Of a stretch of DNA of 64,000 bases, positions 18,144 to 28,679 are shown piece after piece; position 1 is the stretch's first letter, and each line of letters begins with the position of its first letter. Under the pieces are notes generated by a model. That model had not been told where the DNA came from. It was given only the letters and a program-made list of their open reading frames with translations, and searched no databases. The translations under genes were made by a program, and so were the position numbers. Origin of the DNA: Thermoplasmata archaeon (GTDB taxonomy: Archaea > Thermoplasmatota > Thermoplasmata > Lutacidiplasmatales > UBA184); NCBI GenBank assembly GCA_021790425.1, contig JAJYEA010000001.1:19-64018 (forward strand), in the 5' to 3' direction.

Positions 18144-19157
18144 CTAGGGAGGCGCGGTCACCGGGGCGCGGGTTGCTCCGTTCTGGAGCCGGGCAACGTC
18201 CGCGTCCACCATGATCGACACCAGCTTGTCGAACTTGGTCTGCGGAACCCACCCGAGCAGTTTCATGGCCTTCGCGGGATTCCCGCAGAGATGGTCGACC
18301 TCGGCGGGGCGGGAGAAGCGCTTGTCGAGCTCGACATACTTTTCCCAGTCCTGGATGCCCACGTGGTGGAACGCGGCCTCGACGAACTCCCGGACGCTGT
18401 GGGACTCTCCGGTCGCGCCCACGAAGTCCTCGGCCATGGAGTAGTTGAGGATGCGCCACATGAAATCGGTGTACTCCGGGGCGTATCCCCAATCCCGACG
18501 GGTGTCGAGCGTCCCTAGGCTGATCTTCCGGCTCATTCCCAGCTTGATCCGGGCCACGCCGTCGGAGACCTTCCGCGTCAGGAACTCGATCCCCCGGCGC
18601 GGGCTCTCGTGGTTGTAGAGGATCCCGTTGGAGATGAAGAGGCCGTAGCTCTCCCGGTAGTTGATGCACGCCCAGTACGCGTAGACCTTCGCCACCCCGT
18701 ACGGGCTCCGCGGGTAGAACTTCGTGTTCTCGTCCTGGGGGGTCTCGACGACCTTCCCGAACATCTCGCTGGACGCCGCCTGGTAGAGTCGCGCCTTGTC
18801 GGCGTGGCTCCGCATGGCCTCCAGGAGCCGCACTACGCCGAGTCCCGTGACCTCGCCGGTCACCACCGGCTGGCTGAAGGAGACCCCGACGAAGCTCTGG
18901 GCCGCCAGGTTGTAGATCTCGTCCGGTTCCACGACCTTCACCACGTGCTCCAGCGACGCCTGGTCGTGGAGGTCGCCGTCCACCAGGTGGATGCGGTCCA
19001 GGATGTGGTGGATGTTCTGCGTGTTCGGGGTGGAGAGCCGGCGAACCAGCCCGTGTACCTCGTATCCCTTGGCCAAGAGCTGCTCGGCGAGGTAGCTCCC
19101 GTCCTGTCCTGTGACCCCCGTGATCAAGGCACGCTTACCGGCACTGTTCTCGGGCAT
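18144..19157 (-). CDS. gmd: GDP-mannose 4,6-dehydratase
   Basis: ALITGVTGQDGSYLA, YNLAAQSFV, QAASSEMFG, SPYGVAK, NHESPRRG, RDWG. Confidence 0.97.
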   Translation of the reverse strand: MPENSAGKRALITGVTGQDGSYLAEQLLAKGYEVHGLVRRLSTPNTQNIHHILDRIHLVDGDLHDQASLEHVVKVVEPDEIYNLAAQSFVGVSFSQPVVTGEVTGLGVVRLLEAMRSHADKARLYQAASSEMFGKVVETPQDENTKFYPRSPYGVAKVYAYWACINYRESYGLFISNGILYNHESPRRGIEFLTRKVSDGVARIKLGMSRKISLGTLDTRRDWGYAPEYTDFMWRILNYSMAEDFVGATGESHSVREFVEAAFHHVGIQDWEKYVELDKRFSRPAEVDHLCGNPAKAMKLLGWVPQTKFDKLVSIMVDADVARLQNGATRAPVTAPP

Positions 19158-19324
19158 TAGCTGCGCTCGCGGGCGACTACTCCGTGGACCTAATAACTTT
19201 CACCCGACAGAGGCCCACGCCGATGCATCTCCCCCCGAAGCCGAACATCCCGACGCGGTCCGCCGATAGGCGGGACCGCGCACGCCAGTGGTCATACCAA
19301 CCCTCAAGTACCTCGCGAAGGTGA

Positions 19325-20437
19325 ATGCGCCTACAACTCATGCGGGTGGCGCTAGTCAACGGCTCGAAGCGCTTTGATGGCCACACGGTCCAGTTCCACT
19401 CCTACGTGAACGGTCTGAGGGCCGTGGGCGTCGAGCCTTCGATCTACACATGTATCGACCCTTCCGACGCGGATTCCTATGCCCCGGAGGGAACAGTGAT
19501 CCCCGGCTGGCGCGTTCCCCTGGGTACGGAGGGGGAGATGGGGTTCAACCGTCTCCTCCCCATCCTCGTCCGCCGGCTGAGGGCCATTGAGGGGGACATC
19601 ATCCATGTGAACGACGTCTATCTCTCCCGACTCGCCGCGTACCGGGACAATGTCCTGGTTTCCGTGACCGATCTGGGCAAGCTCAAGACCCGATACTACA
19701 ACCGGTCCTCTTCCTGGCTTCACAATCTCCACCTCCGCTATGTGAACCGCTGCCGCGGCATCATCTGCGCCGCCGAGAGCGTCCGCGCCGAGGTCATCCA
19801 GGAACTCGACGTCCCGGCGGATAGGGTGCACGTGGTCCCCCTCTCCACATCCTCACGCTCCCCGTCGCCCGTCTCCCCCCCATTGCCCCCGAGCGAGGCT
19901 CGACCGTGGACCTTGCTTTGCGTGGCCACCGACCGACCCCACAAGAACATCGGCGGGTTCTTGGAAGTCGTGAAGAGGCTGGGGCCGTCCTATCGCGGCC
20001 TGCTGGTTTCCCGGCTCACGGACGCCACCCGCCGCCGCATCGATGCCGAGGGGCTGGGGAAGCGGATCGAGGTACGAGCGGACGTCTCGAACTTGGCGGA
20101 CCTCTACCGCTCGGCCCAAGTCCTCGTGTTCCCCTCGCTGTACGAAGGATTCGGGATCCCGTTGATCGAGGCGATGCGTCACGGATTGCCTGTCGTGGCC
20201 GCGCGACGGACGACCATCCCGGAGGTGCTCGGGGAGGGCGGAACCGCGGTCGAACCCGGCGACTATGACGCCTGGGTCACCGCCATCACGGCCCTCACGG
20301 ATGCGGACCGTTACCGGGAGGCGGCGCGGCGCTCGTGGGAGCGGGGGGCCCTCTTCGGCCCGGAGCAGACCGGGCGCGCCCTCGTCAAGGCCTACGAGGC
20401 CGCCCGCCAGGCGCCCGGCCCGCTGTCCTCCAAGTAA
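19325..20437 (+). CDS. glycosyltransferase family 4
   Basis: PHKN, FPSLYEGFGIPLIEAM; alternative start 19340. Confidence 0.92.
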   Translation: MRLQLMRVALVNGSKRFDGHTVQFHSYVNGLRAVGVEPSIYTCIDPSDADSYAPEGTVIPGWRVPLGTEGEMGFNRLLPILVRRLRAIEGDIIHVNDVYLSRLAAYRDNVLVSVTDLGKLKTRYYNRSSSWLHNLHLRYVNRCRGIICAAESVRAEVIQELDVPADRVHVVPLSTSSRSPSPVSPPLPPSEARPWTLLCVATDRPHKNIGGFLEVVKRLGPSYRGLLVSRLTDATRRRIDAEGLGKRIEVRADVSNLADLYRSAQVLVFPSLYEGFGIPLIEAMRHGLPVVAARRTTIPEVLGEGGTAVEPGDYDAWVTAITALTDADRYREAARRSWERGALFGPEQTGRALVKAYEAARQAPGPLSSK

Positions 20438-20479
20438 CTCCTTCGCCCCAGGTCCCGCACGGGCTCGGAACGGGGGGAG

Positions 20480-21646
20480 TCAGGCCCCCGACGAACCGGC
20501 CCTTCCGGCGGGAGAACCGGAGAGCTCCTCCACGATGGAGAGCCAGCGCTCTCCGATGCGCTCCACGGAGAAGTTGGCGGAGAGCCGAGTGCAGTTGGTC
20601 CTCATCTGCGGGGTGATCGCCGAGTCGTTCCAGATCTTGGTGGCGCGCCGGACCATCTCGTCCGGGTCGCGGCAGGTCCATCCCGTCTGCCCGTCCACGA
20701 TGTTCTCCGAGGGACCCTCCCGATTGTAGGTGAGCACGGGCGTGCCGCAGGCCGTGCTCTCCACCGGGATGTACCCGAACGGCTCGATCGTGAAGGGGAA
20801 GATCGTCAGTTTCGCGTTGCTGTAGAGCAGGGCAAGGTCACGGTCGGTGAGGCGCCCCTCGATGCTGATGTTGCGGTGGTGGGCCAGCTTGGGGGGCACC
20901 CGTTCGATCTTGCTTCCGAAGACGCGGAGCCGCACCCCCGCCTCGGCCAGCGCGAACACGATCTCCGGGTCCGTCTCCTTCCCGAGGTAGGCGACGCAGT
21001 AGTCGGCGGAGGGGTTCTCTGTCAGGGGACGAAAGACCGAGGTGTCGAGAGGGGGATAGACCACCTCGTCCACCCGGACACCGAACTGGCGGTAGGAGGA
21101 CTTGCAGTAGTTCGAGTTGGCGATCCGCCGCCGGGCCCGGGAGGACACCGCGCGGATCTGGATGCGGTCCATCGTGTCGAGCAAGGGGGAGAGGAGCCCC
21201 GGTCCGGAGGAACGCTGGCCGAGGGCAACGCTCGCCACCTTCGAGATGGCGTAGCCCACCGCACCCTGAAGGTACCAGACGTCCGAAGGGGCGGTGACGG
21301 TGTTGGAGAGGTTGATCACCACCCCCGTGTCCGCGGGCCGCCGGCGGTCCCAGGCGCCCCCATTCATCCGGAACAGCGCCTCGCGAGCCCAGGCCTCGGC
21401 GTACGCGAACGATGGACTGCGGCTGATCAGCCGCTCCCCGAGATCCGACAGCGTGATCCGCCGGGAGCTGAAGTGGCTCCGCACCCCGTCGACGACGGTC
21501 GGGGAGACCACCTCCACGTCGTGGCTCCCGGCGAAGTAGTTCGCCAGGTGGATAGTGACCCGGTTGACCCCGTACGGGTCCGTGATGGGGTCGCAGAGGA
21601 TAGTGACCCTGCCCATGCGATGAGGCATGGGTCCCTCCGCCTTCAT
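20480..21646 (-). CDS. glycosyltransferase family 4
   Basis: ANS, VVYPP, EPFGYIPVESTACGTPV. Confidence 0.9.
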   Translation of the reverse strand: MKAEGPMPHRMGRVTILCDPITDPYGVNRVTIHLANYFAGSHDVEVVSPTVVDGVRSHFSSRRITLSDLGERLISRSPSFAYAEAWAREALFRMNGGAWDRRRPADTGVVINLSNTVTAPSDVWYLQGAVGYAISKVASVALGQRSSGPGLLSPLLDTMDRIQIRAVSSRARRRIANSNYCKSSYRQFGVRVDEVVYPPLDTSVFRPLTENPSADYCVAYLGKETDPEIVFALAEAGVRLRVFGSKIERVPPKLAHHRNISIEGRLTDRDLALLYSNAKLTIFPFTIEPFGYIPVESTACGTPVLTYNREGPSENIVDGQTGWTCRDPDEMVRRATKIWNDSAITPQMRTNCTRLSANFSVERIGERWLSIVEELSGSPAGRAGSSGA

Positions 21647-21741
21647 ATCCGTTGCAGGGGGGTGGGCAAGCCGTCGGGATTCGCCTTTCCTCTCGGGCCC
21701 GTTTCGGCGCGAGCGGCCGTTTCGTCGCCCGTTGCTCCGGC

Positions 21742-23892
21742 TCAGGCCGGAGCGATCTCCACGTAGTTGAGCATCAGGGCTACGCTAGGGTCAAGGATGT
21801 ATCCCCGCACCTCGACGTTGTACGTGAAGGAGGGGAGGGTGAAGCGGAAGGTCACCTTGTGCCAGCCGGGCGCGTCCAGCATCCCCAGGGAGACGTTCAT
21901 GTTCGAGTACCAGATGCGGGTGAAGAGACCGCTCGAATCGATCCACACGACCAGGCTGGAGGCATTGACCCCCTTCGTGACGTTGGCGTGGAGGGAGACG
22001 GTGACCGAGTAGGTTCCCGCGGGAAGGTTCACGTACGGCCCGTACCAGAAGACGCTCGGGGGAGACCCGGCCTGAAGCGGGGAAGGAACGCTGTTGATGC
22101 TCTCGTTGTAGGTGGCGTTCGGGTTCTTCTGCACCATCCCGGCGCCGACGGCGAGCTTGAACCCGTAGTAGTCGGTCCGATGGAAGATGACGGGACTCAG
22201 GCTCTTCACGGGGCCCGCGTACCCCTTCTCGAAGAGGATGACCGGTCCCACCGGGGTCGACCCTACCGTCGCCCGCTCCCCATAGACCGATTGGTTGTAC
22301 AGGTAGGGGAAGAGAAAAGGAGGCATGACGGGGGCGTCCGCCAGCGAGATCAGCACGTACTCGGGAAGATTCGTGTCGTTGAAGGGCAGACGCACGCCGG
22401 CGGTGTACCACAGGGAGGAGTACGCGTTGACATCATTGCTCACGAAGGGGAAGAGGTCATCGGCGGACAGAACGTAGGCGTTCGACGGAACCAACCCGGC
22501 GACCTCTTGGACGTCGGCGTACCCCGAGGGCACATGATAGCTCAGGAAGTACGCCTGACCGAGGGATGCTCCACCGTTCGTCTGCATCAGCGGATCGAGC
22601 GGGCTGAAGGCGATGTTGGCTACGACGACCAGCACGAGGACCGTGGTTGCCCGGAGTGCGTGGGCGGATGGCCCGTGAACGATCCCCGGTCGACGGTCAT
22701 CCGGGGAGACGAATCCCACATCCCCGTGCCAGAGGGCATGGAGCGTGTCGCGCAGTGAGGAGAACTTCACGTCCCGGATGCCGAACACGAAGGCGACCAT
22801 GAGGGGGGCCACCGCGACGAATCCGTACTGGAACCCGATCTGGGTGAACGCCGGGTTGTTGGTGAAGAAGGTCTGCACGGTCCACGGGAGCACCAGCACG
22901 AACGTGCGGGGTGCCCGGAGCGGAAGAAAGCCCAACAGGGCGTAGAGCAAGAGCCAGTACTCGAACTTCCCGAGAAGGTCGATAGAAAAGTAGGAGGGAG
23001 AGAGGCCGAGCCATAGGAGAGGGGCACCAGGGCTCACGACCGGAGCGATACCGGCGGGAGGCTCCACCGCGATCGAAATGGCGTACTCCTGGAAGCCACG
23101 CAGCGCGACGTAGGCGACCACCGAGGCGATCATCAGGCCCAACGAGAGACGGACGGCGCGGGACTCCATGTGGTGGGACCAGAAGGCCCTGATCCGCGTC
23201 CCGAAGGACGGACGGGCCCGCCCCGGCAGGGAGGAAGGGGGCGCCAGCAGACGGGCGATCGTTTCACGAAGGGGGGGCAGGAAGAAGTACGCCGCAACGA
23301 AGAAGACGAGGATGGGCGCGGCCTCGATGGTGATCATGGCCACGGCGGCGGCGATCGCCCCGTAGAGGTATCGCCCCCGGTACCAGAAGTAGAAGAGGCT
23401 GAGCATCTCCAGCGGGAGGAGCGACTCGAGATGGAAGTCGTAGAGGCCGGAGGAGAGCACGGGGACCCACACCATGTAGATCCCGGCGACGAGCAATGCG
23501 CGTCGTGTCGACCCCGTGACCTGGGCGGCGAGGAGATAGAGCGGGTAGGCAGCCGCCGCCACGACGGCGGACTGGACCACGAAGAGGAGGTAGGGGGTCG
23601 GCCACAGGGCGTACAGTCCCGCCAGGGCGAACATGATCAGCGCGGGATGTATCCCCAGGAAGCTCGCGATCCCGTAGGCCTCGTAATCGCCCGCTTCGAA
23701 GAAGAAGTGCCCGTGGTTCGCCGACCACAGGCTCTGCTGAAAGATGCCGAGGTCCCAGTTCGAGGCGCGGAACTCCAGCAACCAAAGCAACGAGGCGAGC
23801 AGTGATACCACGAAATACGTGGCGATCATGAGCGCGAGGAGGCGTTCGGGCTTCCACGCCGCAACGCGGCGCATCCGCTGCATCACGTCCAA
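21742..23892 (-). CDS. DUF2079-like multi-pass membrane protein (putative GT-C) with extracellular beta domain
   Basis: WDLGIFQQSLWS, H.PAL, YDFHLES, FQY; C-terminal WYGPYVNLPAGTY. Confidence 0.8.
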   Translation of the reverse strand: MDVMQRMRRVAAWKPERLLALMIATYFVVSLLASLLWLLEFRASNWDLGIFQQSLWSANHGHFFFEAGDYEAYGIASFLGIHPALIMFALAGLYALWPTPYLLFVVQSAVVAAAAYPLYLLAAQVTGSTRRALLVAGIYMVWVPVLSSGLYDFHLESLLPLEMLSLFYFWYRGRYLYGAIAAAVAMITIEAAPILVFFVAAYFFLPPLRETIARLLAPPSSLPGRARPSFGTRIRAFWSHHMESRAVRLSLGLMIASVVAYVALRGFQEYAISIAVEPPAGIAPVVSPGAPLLWLGLSPSYFSIDLLGKFEYWLLLYALLGFLPLRAPRTFVLVLPWTVQTFFTNNPAFTQIGFQYGFVAVAPLMVAFVFGIRDVKFSSLRDTLHALWHGDVGFVSPDDRRPGIVHGPSAHALRATTVLVLVVVANIAFSPLDPLMQTNGGASLGQAYFLSYHVPSGYADVQEVAGLVPSNAYVLSADDLFPFVSNDVNAYSSLWYTAGVRLPFNDTNLPEYVLISLADAPVMPPFLFPYLYNQSVYGERATVGSTPVGPVILFEKGYAGPVKSLSPVIFHRTDYYGFKLAVGAGMVQKNPNATYNESINSVPSPLQAGSPPSVFWYGPYVNLPAGTYSVTVSLHANVTKGVNASSLVVWIDSSGLFTRIWYSNMNVSLGMLDAPGWHKVTFRFTLPSFTYNVEVRGYILDPSVALMLNYVEIAPA

Positions 23893-23969
23893 GTTTCCTT
23901 CCGTCGCATGGGATGGGCGCTCGACTTGGCCGGCCTATTTATCCCTTCACCCGGCGGGGCCCGAGGGGC

Positions 23970-25007
23970 TCAGGTACCCGGGCTCGCCCCAACGGCGGCC
24001 TGTTGTTCCTTCCACTTGCTTCGTGCGTAGGCTCGCTGGGCCATGCGCGGGCTCACCAGAAATGCCCACGCCGCGGCGCGGAGCGGGGGTTCGGCGTGAT
24101 ACGTGTACGTGGAAGTCCATCGGTGGAGTTCTTTCCATCGTCGCCACATCTCGCCCCGCGAGGGCCGGGGGGACCGGAAGGCACCATAGAACTCCTGGAA
24201 GGCCAGCAGGGCCCCCGCTTCGTCCGGAGACCCTTCTTGCTCTGCCATCCGGGAGATCTCGCGGTATCCGGGAAGGGTCGACCGTGACCAGGCGTAGAGC
24301 GAGGGGATCAGGTCGCGAGCCTGGGACAAGGAGGAGTTGGACCCGTGGACCCGGTATCCGGCGAGCGACTCGGGCTGGAGGGCCATATGTCGTCCCGAGA
24401 GGAGGGCGGCATGGAAGAGGAACGAATCCAGGATCGGCGGGAGCTGCCGCAGGACCTCGAGCCTCGGCTCCACGACCCGGCGACGAACGCACATCGTACT
24501 GCTGTTGAAGTCGATCCCCGTCGGGGGCAGACTTCGGAGACGGGCCAGCAATTCGGTCGATCGCAGGCGTAGAGGACCGACCTCCCGGAGCGACTGGCGT
24601 TGGCTGGCCCGGAACGTCGAGGTGTCCATCTCTTCCCCCCGTTCGTCGACCACGGTGTATCCGTGGTGGACGAAGTCCAGCTCCGGGTCGGAGTCGAACC
24701 AGCCCCCGACCCGCTCGAGCTTGTTCGGAAGGAAGAGATCGTCATCGTCGAGGAAGCACAGCACGTCCCCATGGGAGAGGGTCACGCCCCGGGCGATGAG
24801 CTCCCCCATGAGGGGGACCTGGGCGGTGACGGTGCGCACGTCCTCGGCGTCCAGGTACGCTTCCAGCCCGGGATCGGAGAATCCCTTCGCCACGACCACC
24901 TCGTACTCCGACCGAGCCAGCGTCTGGCGAAGGATGGAGGCGACTGCCTGGCGGAGGTAGGTCTTGCGGTACTGGGTCGTGACGATGACCGAGATTCGCG
25001 GAACCAT
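23970..25007 (-). CDS. glycosyltransferase family 2
   Basis: ISVIVTT..R..YLRQAVASILRQT, CFLDDDD, YRVH. Confidence 0.92.
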   Translation of the reverse strand: MVPRISVIVTTQYRKTYLRQAVASILRQTLARSEYEVVVAKGFSDPGLEAYLDAEDVRTVTAQVPLMGELIARGVTLSHGDVLCFLDDDDLFLPNKLERVGGWFDSDPELDFVHHGYTVVDERGEEMDTSTFRASQRQSLREVGPLRLRSTELLARLRSLPPTGIDFNSSTMCVRRRVVEPRLEVLRQLPPILDSFLFHAALLSGRHMALQPESLAGYRVHGSNSSLSQARDLIPSLYAWSRSTLPGYREISRMAEQEGSPDEAGALLAFQEFYGAFRSPRPSRGEMWRRWKELHRWTSTYTYHAEPPLRAAAWAFLVSPRMAQRAYARSKWKEQQAAVGASPGT

Positions 25008-25214
25008 GGCGAGGGCAGCACCCGATGTGCCGCCTTCTCAACGTCCGAGGGATAAAGGCTCTCCCCCGCGGGGAGGATGCCCTCGCAGAGACCCAACGAG
25101 CGATGCCCCCGGGCGAGCCGTGCGGCGAAGGGGGGGTGGTCCCCAGGCTCCCCCGGTAGCCCTCCGGGTGTCCGTACGCACACTCTTAGGAATCGGGGAG
25201 TTGCTCTCCCCGGG

Positions 25215-27287
25215 ATGATCGCGGACTGGCGTGGTGCCGTACGCCTCCTCCGTCAGAGGACGCACCAGTTCCTGTCGGATCGGTGGCTTATCGTCTTGGC
25301 GGCCCTGGTCGCCCTCTACGACCTGTACTGGTCCTATCTTTCCGTCGAGCGCTACTCCTCCCTGAACGCCTACGTCTACGATCTCGGCGTGAACATGGAA
25401 CGCCTCTATGCACTCGCCCATCCCGAACAGTTCCCGATCCCGGTCTATCTCGCCATGGCGGCCGCCCAGCCGGTGGGGCTGATCCTCGCGCCCCTCTCGC
25501 TTGCCGACAGCTACCCCTTGCTGCTCGTGGTCCAGACCATCGCGCTGGGTGCCGGTGGGATACTGGTCTATCTCATCGCGGCCCACCAGCTCGGTTCTCC
25601 TCGCGTGGCCTTCCTTCTCGGGGTCTCCTACCTAGCCTATTTCCCCCTCGCCGGTGTGAACTGGTTCGACTTCCACTTCCAGGCGTTCTTCATCCCCCTG
25701 TTCCTCCTGGGAGTTGCGCTTTTCCAACGGGACCGGCGGACCTGGGGAGGCATCGTCCTCCTGCTGGGAGGGGCGGCCACGTTCCCCTACGAAGGGATGG
25801 TCCTGCTCTTCGGCCTGACGCTCGTGGCACCGGTGGTTTGGCGGGGATGGGGACGTGGCACTCCGACCGAGCGAAGAACGGCCCGCTTCGGCCTGGTCCT
25901 GGGGATCGCGGCGGTGGCCATCCTCCTGGAGCAGTACCTCCTTCTCGCGTTCTTTGAAGGGGCCCAGTTCCTGCCGCACCTGATCCGCACGGGGGCTGCA
26001 TCGACCACGATCGGGGGGGCGGGCCTCGTCCTCCTGCTGATCCTCGCTCCGCTGCTCTTCCTCCCGCTCCTGTCCCCCCGGTGGGCCTTCATGCTGGTCC
26101 CGTTTCTCGCGTTGGAGGTCCAGTCGGGATGCTCCTGCTTCTTCTACCCGGAGCTCTTCCATCTCCAGTACTCCGCCCTCTTCCTCCCGTTCGTCTTCCT
26201 GGGAACGATTGAAGGAGTGGGGCGGATCCAGCGGTGGGGTAAGGAACATCGCGCCCCGGAGGAGAGGGCATCCCATCGCGCTGCCTCCTTGCCCCGTATC
26301 CGTCGCCACGGCGCGCTGGCAGCGAGCCTGGCCGTAGTCACGGCGACGCTCGTCTTCGCCACCGTCTTCCAACCGTACGGACCCTTCAACGCCTCGACCC
26401 CCGAGGCGTTCCCGGTCGCCGCGGTGACGCACGGGAATCTCTCGGAGTTCGAGCAACTGCAGACCCTGCTCGGGCTGCTCCCGGCCTCGGCGTCCGGCGT
26501 GCTCGTGCAGAACGACATGCCCGAGGCGTACCCCCGTCCCTTGGCAGGGGGTGAGCCCATCCTGGACGCCTCCGTGGTCCCGTGGAAGAATGCCACCGTG
26601 TACGATGCGACGCACGACCGATTCCCGATCGCATCCAGCCCCGGGTACCCCTCGTCGGTCTCGATCGACAGCGCGGTGGACAACCCGTGGACCGGGTCCT
26701 TCGGGGAGGTGAGCCCCTCCACGAATGTCTCGATGTTCGACTTCGCCCGGTCGCTCTACGAATCCGGCCGATACGGGATCCTCGGCGAGGCGAGCGGCAT
26801 GATGGCGCTGCAGCGGGGATACGTCGGGCCGGTCCAGTACTACCGGCCCTACCAACAGTCCTTCCCTGCCTCCGAACTGTTCGCCGAGGGCGGCGTCCAT
26901 CCGCCCTCCGGGTCACCTATCTCGGCAACGAACGTCACCGACCATGCCGTCTGGTTCGGCCCCTACACCTTCCTCTCCCCGGGGCGATACTCGATCCAGT
27001 ACACCCTGCGGAGCACGGACCTCTCCCCCTCGAACGAACTGGCCCTCTCCGTGAACGCCGAGGACGCCGCGGTCCATCTGGGGGTACCCATCGGGATCAC
27101 GGGAGCGAGCTTCCCTCGGGCCGGGGCGTGGACCGTGTTCACGACCACCCTCTACGTGAACGACACGTACACGTTGGTGGAGTTCACGGGCTTTGCGAGC
27201 CAATGGGAGGGAACGATCGCGGTCCAGTCGGTCCGGGTCTCCCAGCTCGCCCCCGGGAGCACCCTCTTCTCCGCGGGCCCCCCCTGA
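25215..27287 (+). CDS. DUF2079-like multi-pass membrane protein (putative GT-C), paralog
   Basis: YDLGV, WFDFHFQ, LQY; C-terminal WFGPYTFLSPGRY; start set at ATG 25215. Confidence 0.8.
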   Translation: MIADWRGAVRLLRQRTHQFLSDRWLIVLAALVALYDLYWSYLSVERYSSLNAYVYDLGVNMERLYALAHPEQFPIPVYLAMAAAQPVGLILAPLSLADSYPLLLVVQTIALGAGGILVYLIAAHQLGSPRVAFLLGVSYLAYFPLAGVNWFDFHFQAFFIPLFLLGVALFQRDRRTWGGIVLLLGGAATFPYEGMVLLFGLTLVAPVVWRGWGRGTPTERRTARFGLVLGIAAVAILLEQYLLLAFFEGAQFLPHLIRTGAASTTIGGAGLVLLLILAPLLFLPLLSPRWAFMLVPFLALEVQSGCSCFFYPELFHLQYSALFLPFVFLGTIEGVGRIQRWGKEHRAPEERASHRAASLPRIRRHGALAASLAVVTATLVFATVFQPYGPFNASTPEAFPVAAVTHGNLSEFEQLQTLLGLLPASASGVLVQNDMPEAYPRPLAGGEPILDASVVPWKNATVYDATHDRFPIASSPGYPSSVSIDSAVDNPWTGSFGEVSPSTNVSMFDFARSLYESGRYGILGEASGMMALQRGYVGPVQYYRPYQQSFPASELFAEGGVHPPSGSPISATNVTDHAVWFGPYTFLSPGRYSIQYTLRSTDLSPSNELALSVNAEDAAVHLGVPIGITGASFPRAGAWTVFTTTLYVNDTYTLVEFTGFASQWEGTIAVQSVRVSQLAPGSTLFSAGPP

Positions 27288-27362
27288 GCTCGCCCCGGGG
27301 TGGGACACCCGCACCGCCGCGCCAGCAACGGTCTTATATGCGACTAGCTACGTCCCGGACCT

Positions 27363-27515
27363 ATGCCCTTTCCCGAGGCCACAGCGAGGCTGCTGGTCAA
27401 GAAGATCTGCATGAACTGCTCCGCGCGCAACTCCCCGCGGGCCGTGCAGTGCCGCAAGTGCGGCTACCACGGGCTCCGCGTCAAGTCCAAAGAGCGGTCG
27501 GGCAAGACCAAGTAG
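27363..27515 (+). CDS. rpl40e: 50S ribosomal protein L40e (not in the ORF track)
   Basis: Manual translation [50 protein letters not shown]. Confidence 0.95.
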   Translation: MPFPEATARLLVKKICMNCSARNSPRAVQCRKCGYHGLRVKSKERSGKTK

Positions 27516-27517
27516 GC

Positions 27518-28624
27518 TCACGCCGTGGAGACGGTGTCCGTCTCCTTCGTGTTCTGCGTGTGCAGGTACTGACGGAGCACTCCGGCGAAGGTCCCCATGG
27601 CGACCCCCAGGGCCACCCCCATGAAGTAGGGGAGGGAGGACGCCGTCGTGGCGTTCGATAGGTAGTTCCAGGCGAGGTAGAGGAGCGAGTAGCTCTCCAC
27701 CCCGAACGCCACGATGGAGACCCCGACCACCCAGAAGGAGGAGGGGAACCCCTTCCCGGCCAGCGTCTGGCGGAGGGCGCTCCCGACCTCCACCGCCACG
27801 GCCGCGAAGACCCACCAGTAGATCGCGTTGTTGAGGAACTCGAAGATGTGGTAGCCGGCCGAGGGGTTGCCCGAGGTGGTGGCCGCGTTCTCTCCGAGGA
27901 GGATGCCCATGATGAAGAGAGCGCCCCCGAGGGCCCCCAGGAAGACGGCCACGGAACCGCTCCGCAGGTCCGACGTGAAGTACTGGACCTGTTCCATCAT
28001 CCACTCGTCGATGTCGAAGGTCCAGATCAGGAGGTAGACGCCAAGGAAGATCAGCAGGATGATGGCGCCGTAGCTCCAGATGTTGAGCCCGTAGAAGACG
28101 CTGAGCGACTCGACGAGCCCGAGGAAGAGCAGGAAGGAGGCCAGGGGAAGGACCGTCTTGAACCGGAGCTTCCGGTCCTTGAGGGCCCGCACGACCGTGT
28201 AGTAGGTGCCCTGCAGGGTCGCGCTCTGGCGGATGTAGATGCGGCGTACCGAATCGACCGGCTTCCGCGAGGCCAGGATGGGGATGATGTGCTCGTCCTC
28301 CGCCCCGTCCGAGACCAGGTAGAGCGAGCTCACGTCCACCTTGCTCAGGACCTCGTTGAACTCCACCGCGATCTGGCGGTCGGAGACCACGCCGACCCGC
28401 TCGTTCCCGGTGAGCACGGCGACCTCGACCTGCTCCTTCTCCCGCAGGAGCTCGTCGTAGAGGTTCACCGCCGCGAACATCGCGTTGGTATCGGAGTCCT
28501 CGGGATCGGCGGCTCCCAGCTTCATCGCGGCCTCTAGGACGGCCGCACGACCGATGACCGGCCCCTGCACACCTGCCTTTCGGCCGAGATCGTCATCCCG
28601 GTCGATGCAGACCACAAGCCGCAT
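27518..28624 (-). CDS. DUF373 family membrane protein
   Basis: LVVCIDRDDDLGRK, DPEDSDTN, VSDGAEDE, C-terminal TM bundle. Confidence 0.9.
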   Translation of the reverse strand: MRLVVCIDRDDDLGRKAGVQGPVIGRAAVLEAAMKLGAADPEDSDTNAMFAAVNLYDELLREKEQVEVAVLTGNERVGVVSDRQIAVEFNEVLSKVDVSSLYLVSDGAEDEHIIPILASRKPVDSVRRIYIRQSATLQGTYYTVVRALKDRKLRFKTVLPLASFLLFLGLVESLSVFYGLNIWSYGAIILLIFLGVYLLIWTFDIDEWMMEQVQYFTSDLRSGSVAVFLGALGGALFIMGILLGENAATTSGNPSAGYHIFEFLNNAIYWWVFAAVAVEVGSALRQTLAGKGFPSSFWVVGVSIVAFGVESYSLLYLAWNYLSNATTASSLPYFMGVALGVAMGTFAGVLRQYLHTQNTKETDTVSTA

Positions 28625-28679
28625 GGGAATGTACACATGCAGGCGGAGGAGTAAATAGCTTGCGATGCTGCGGGCGCTA

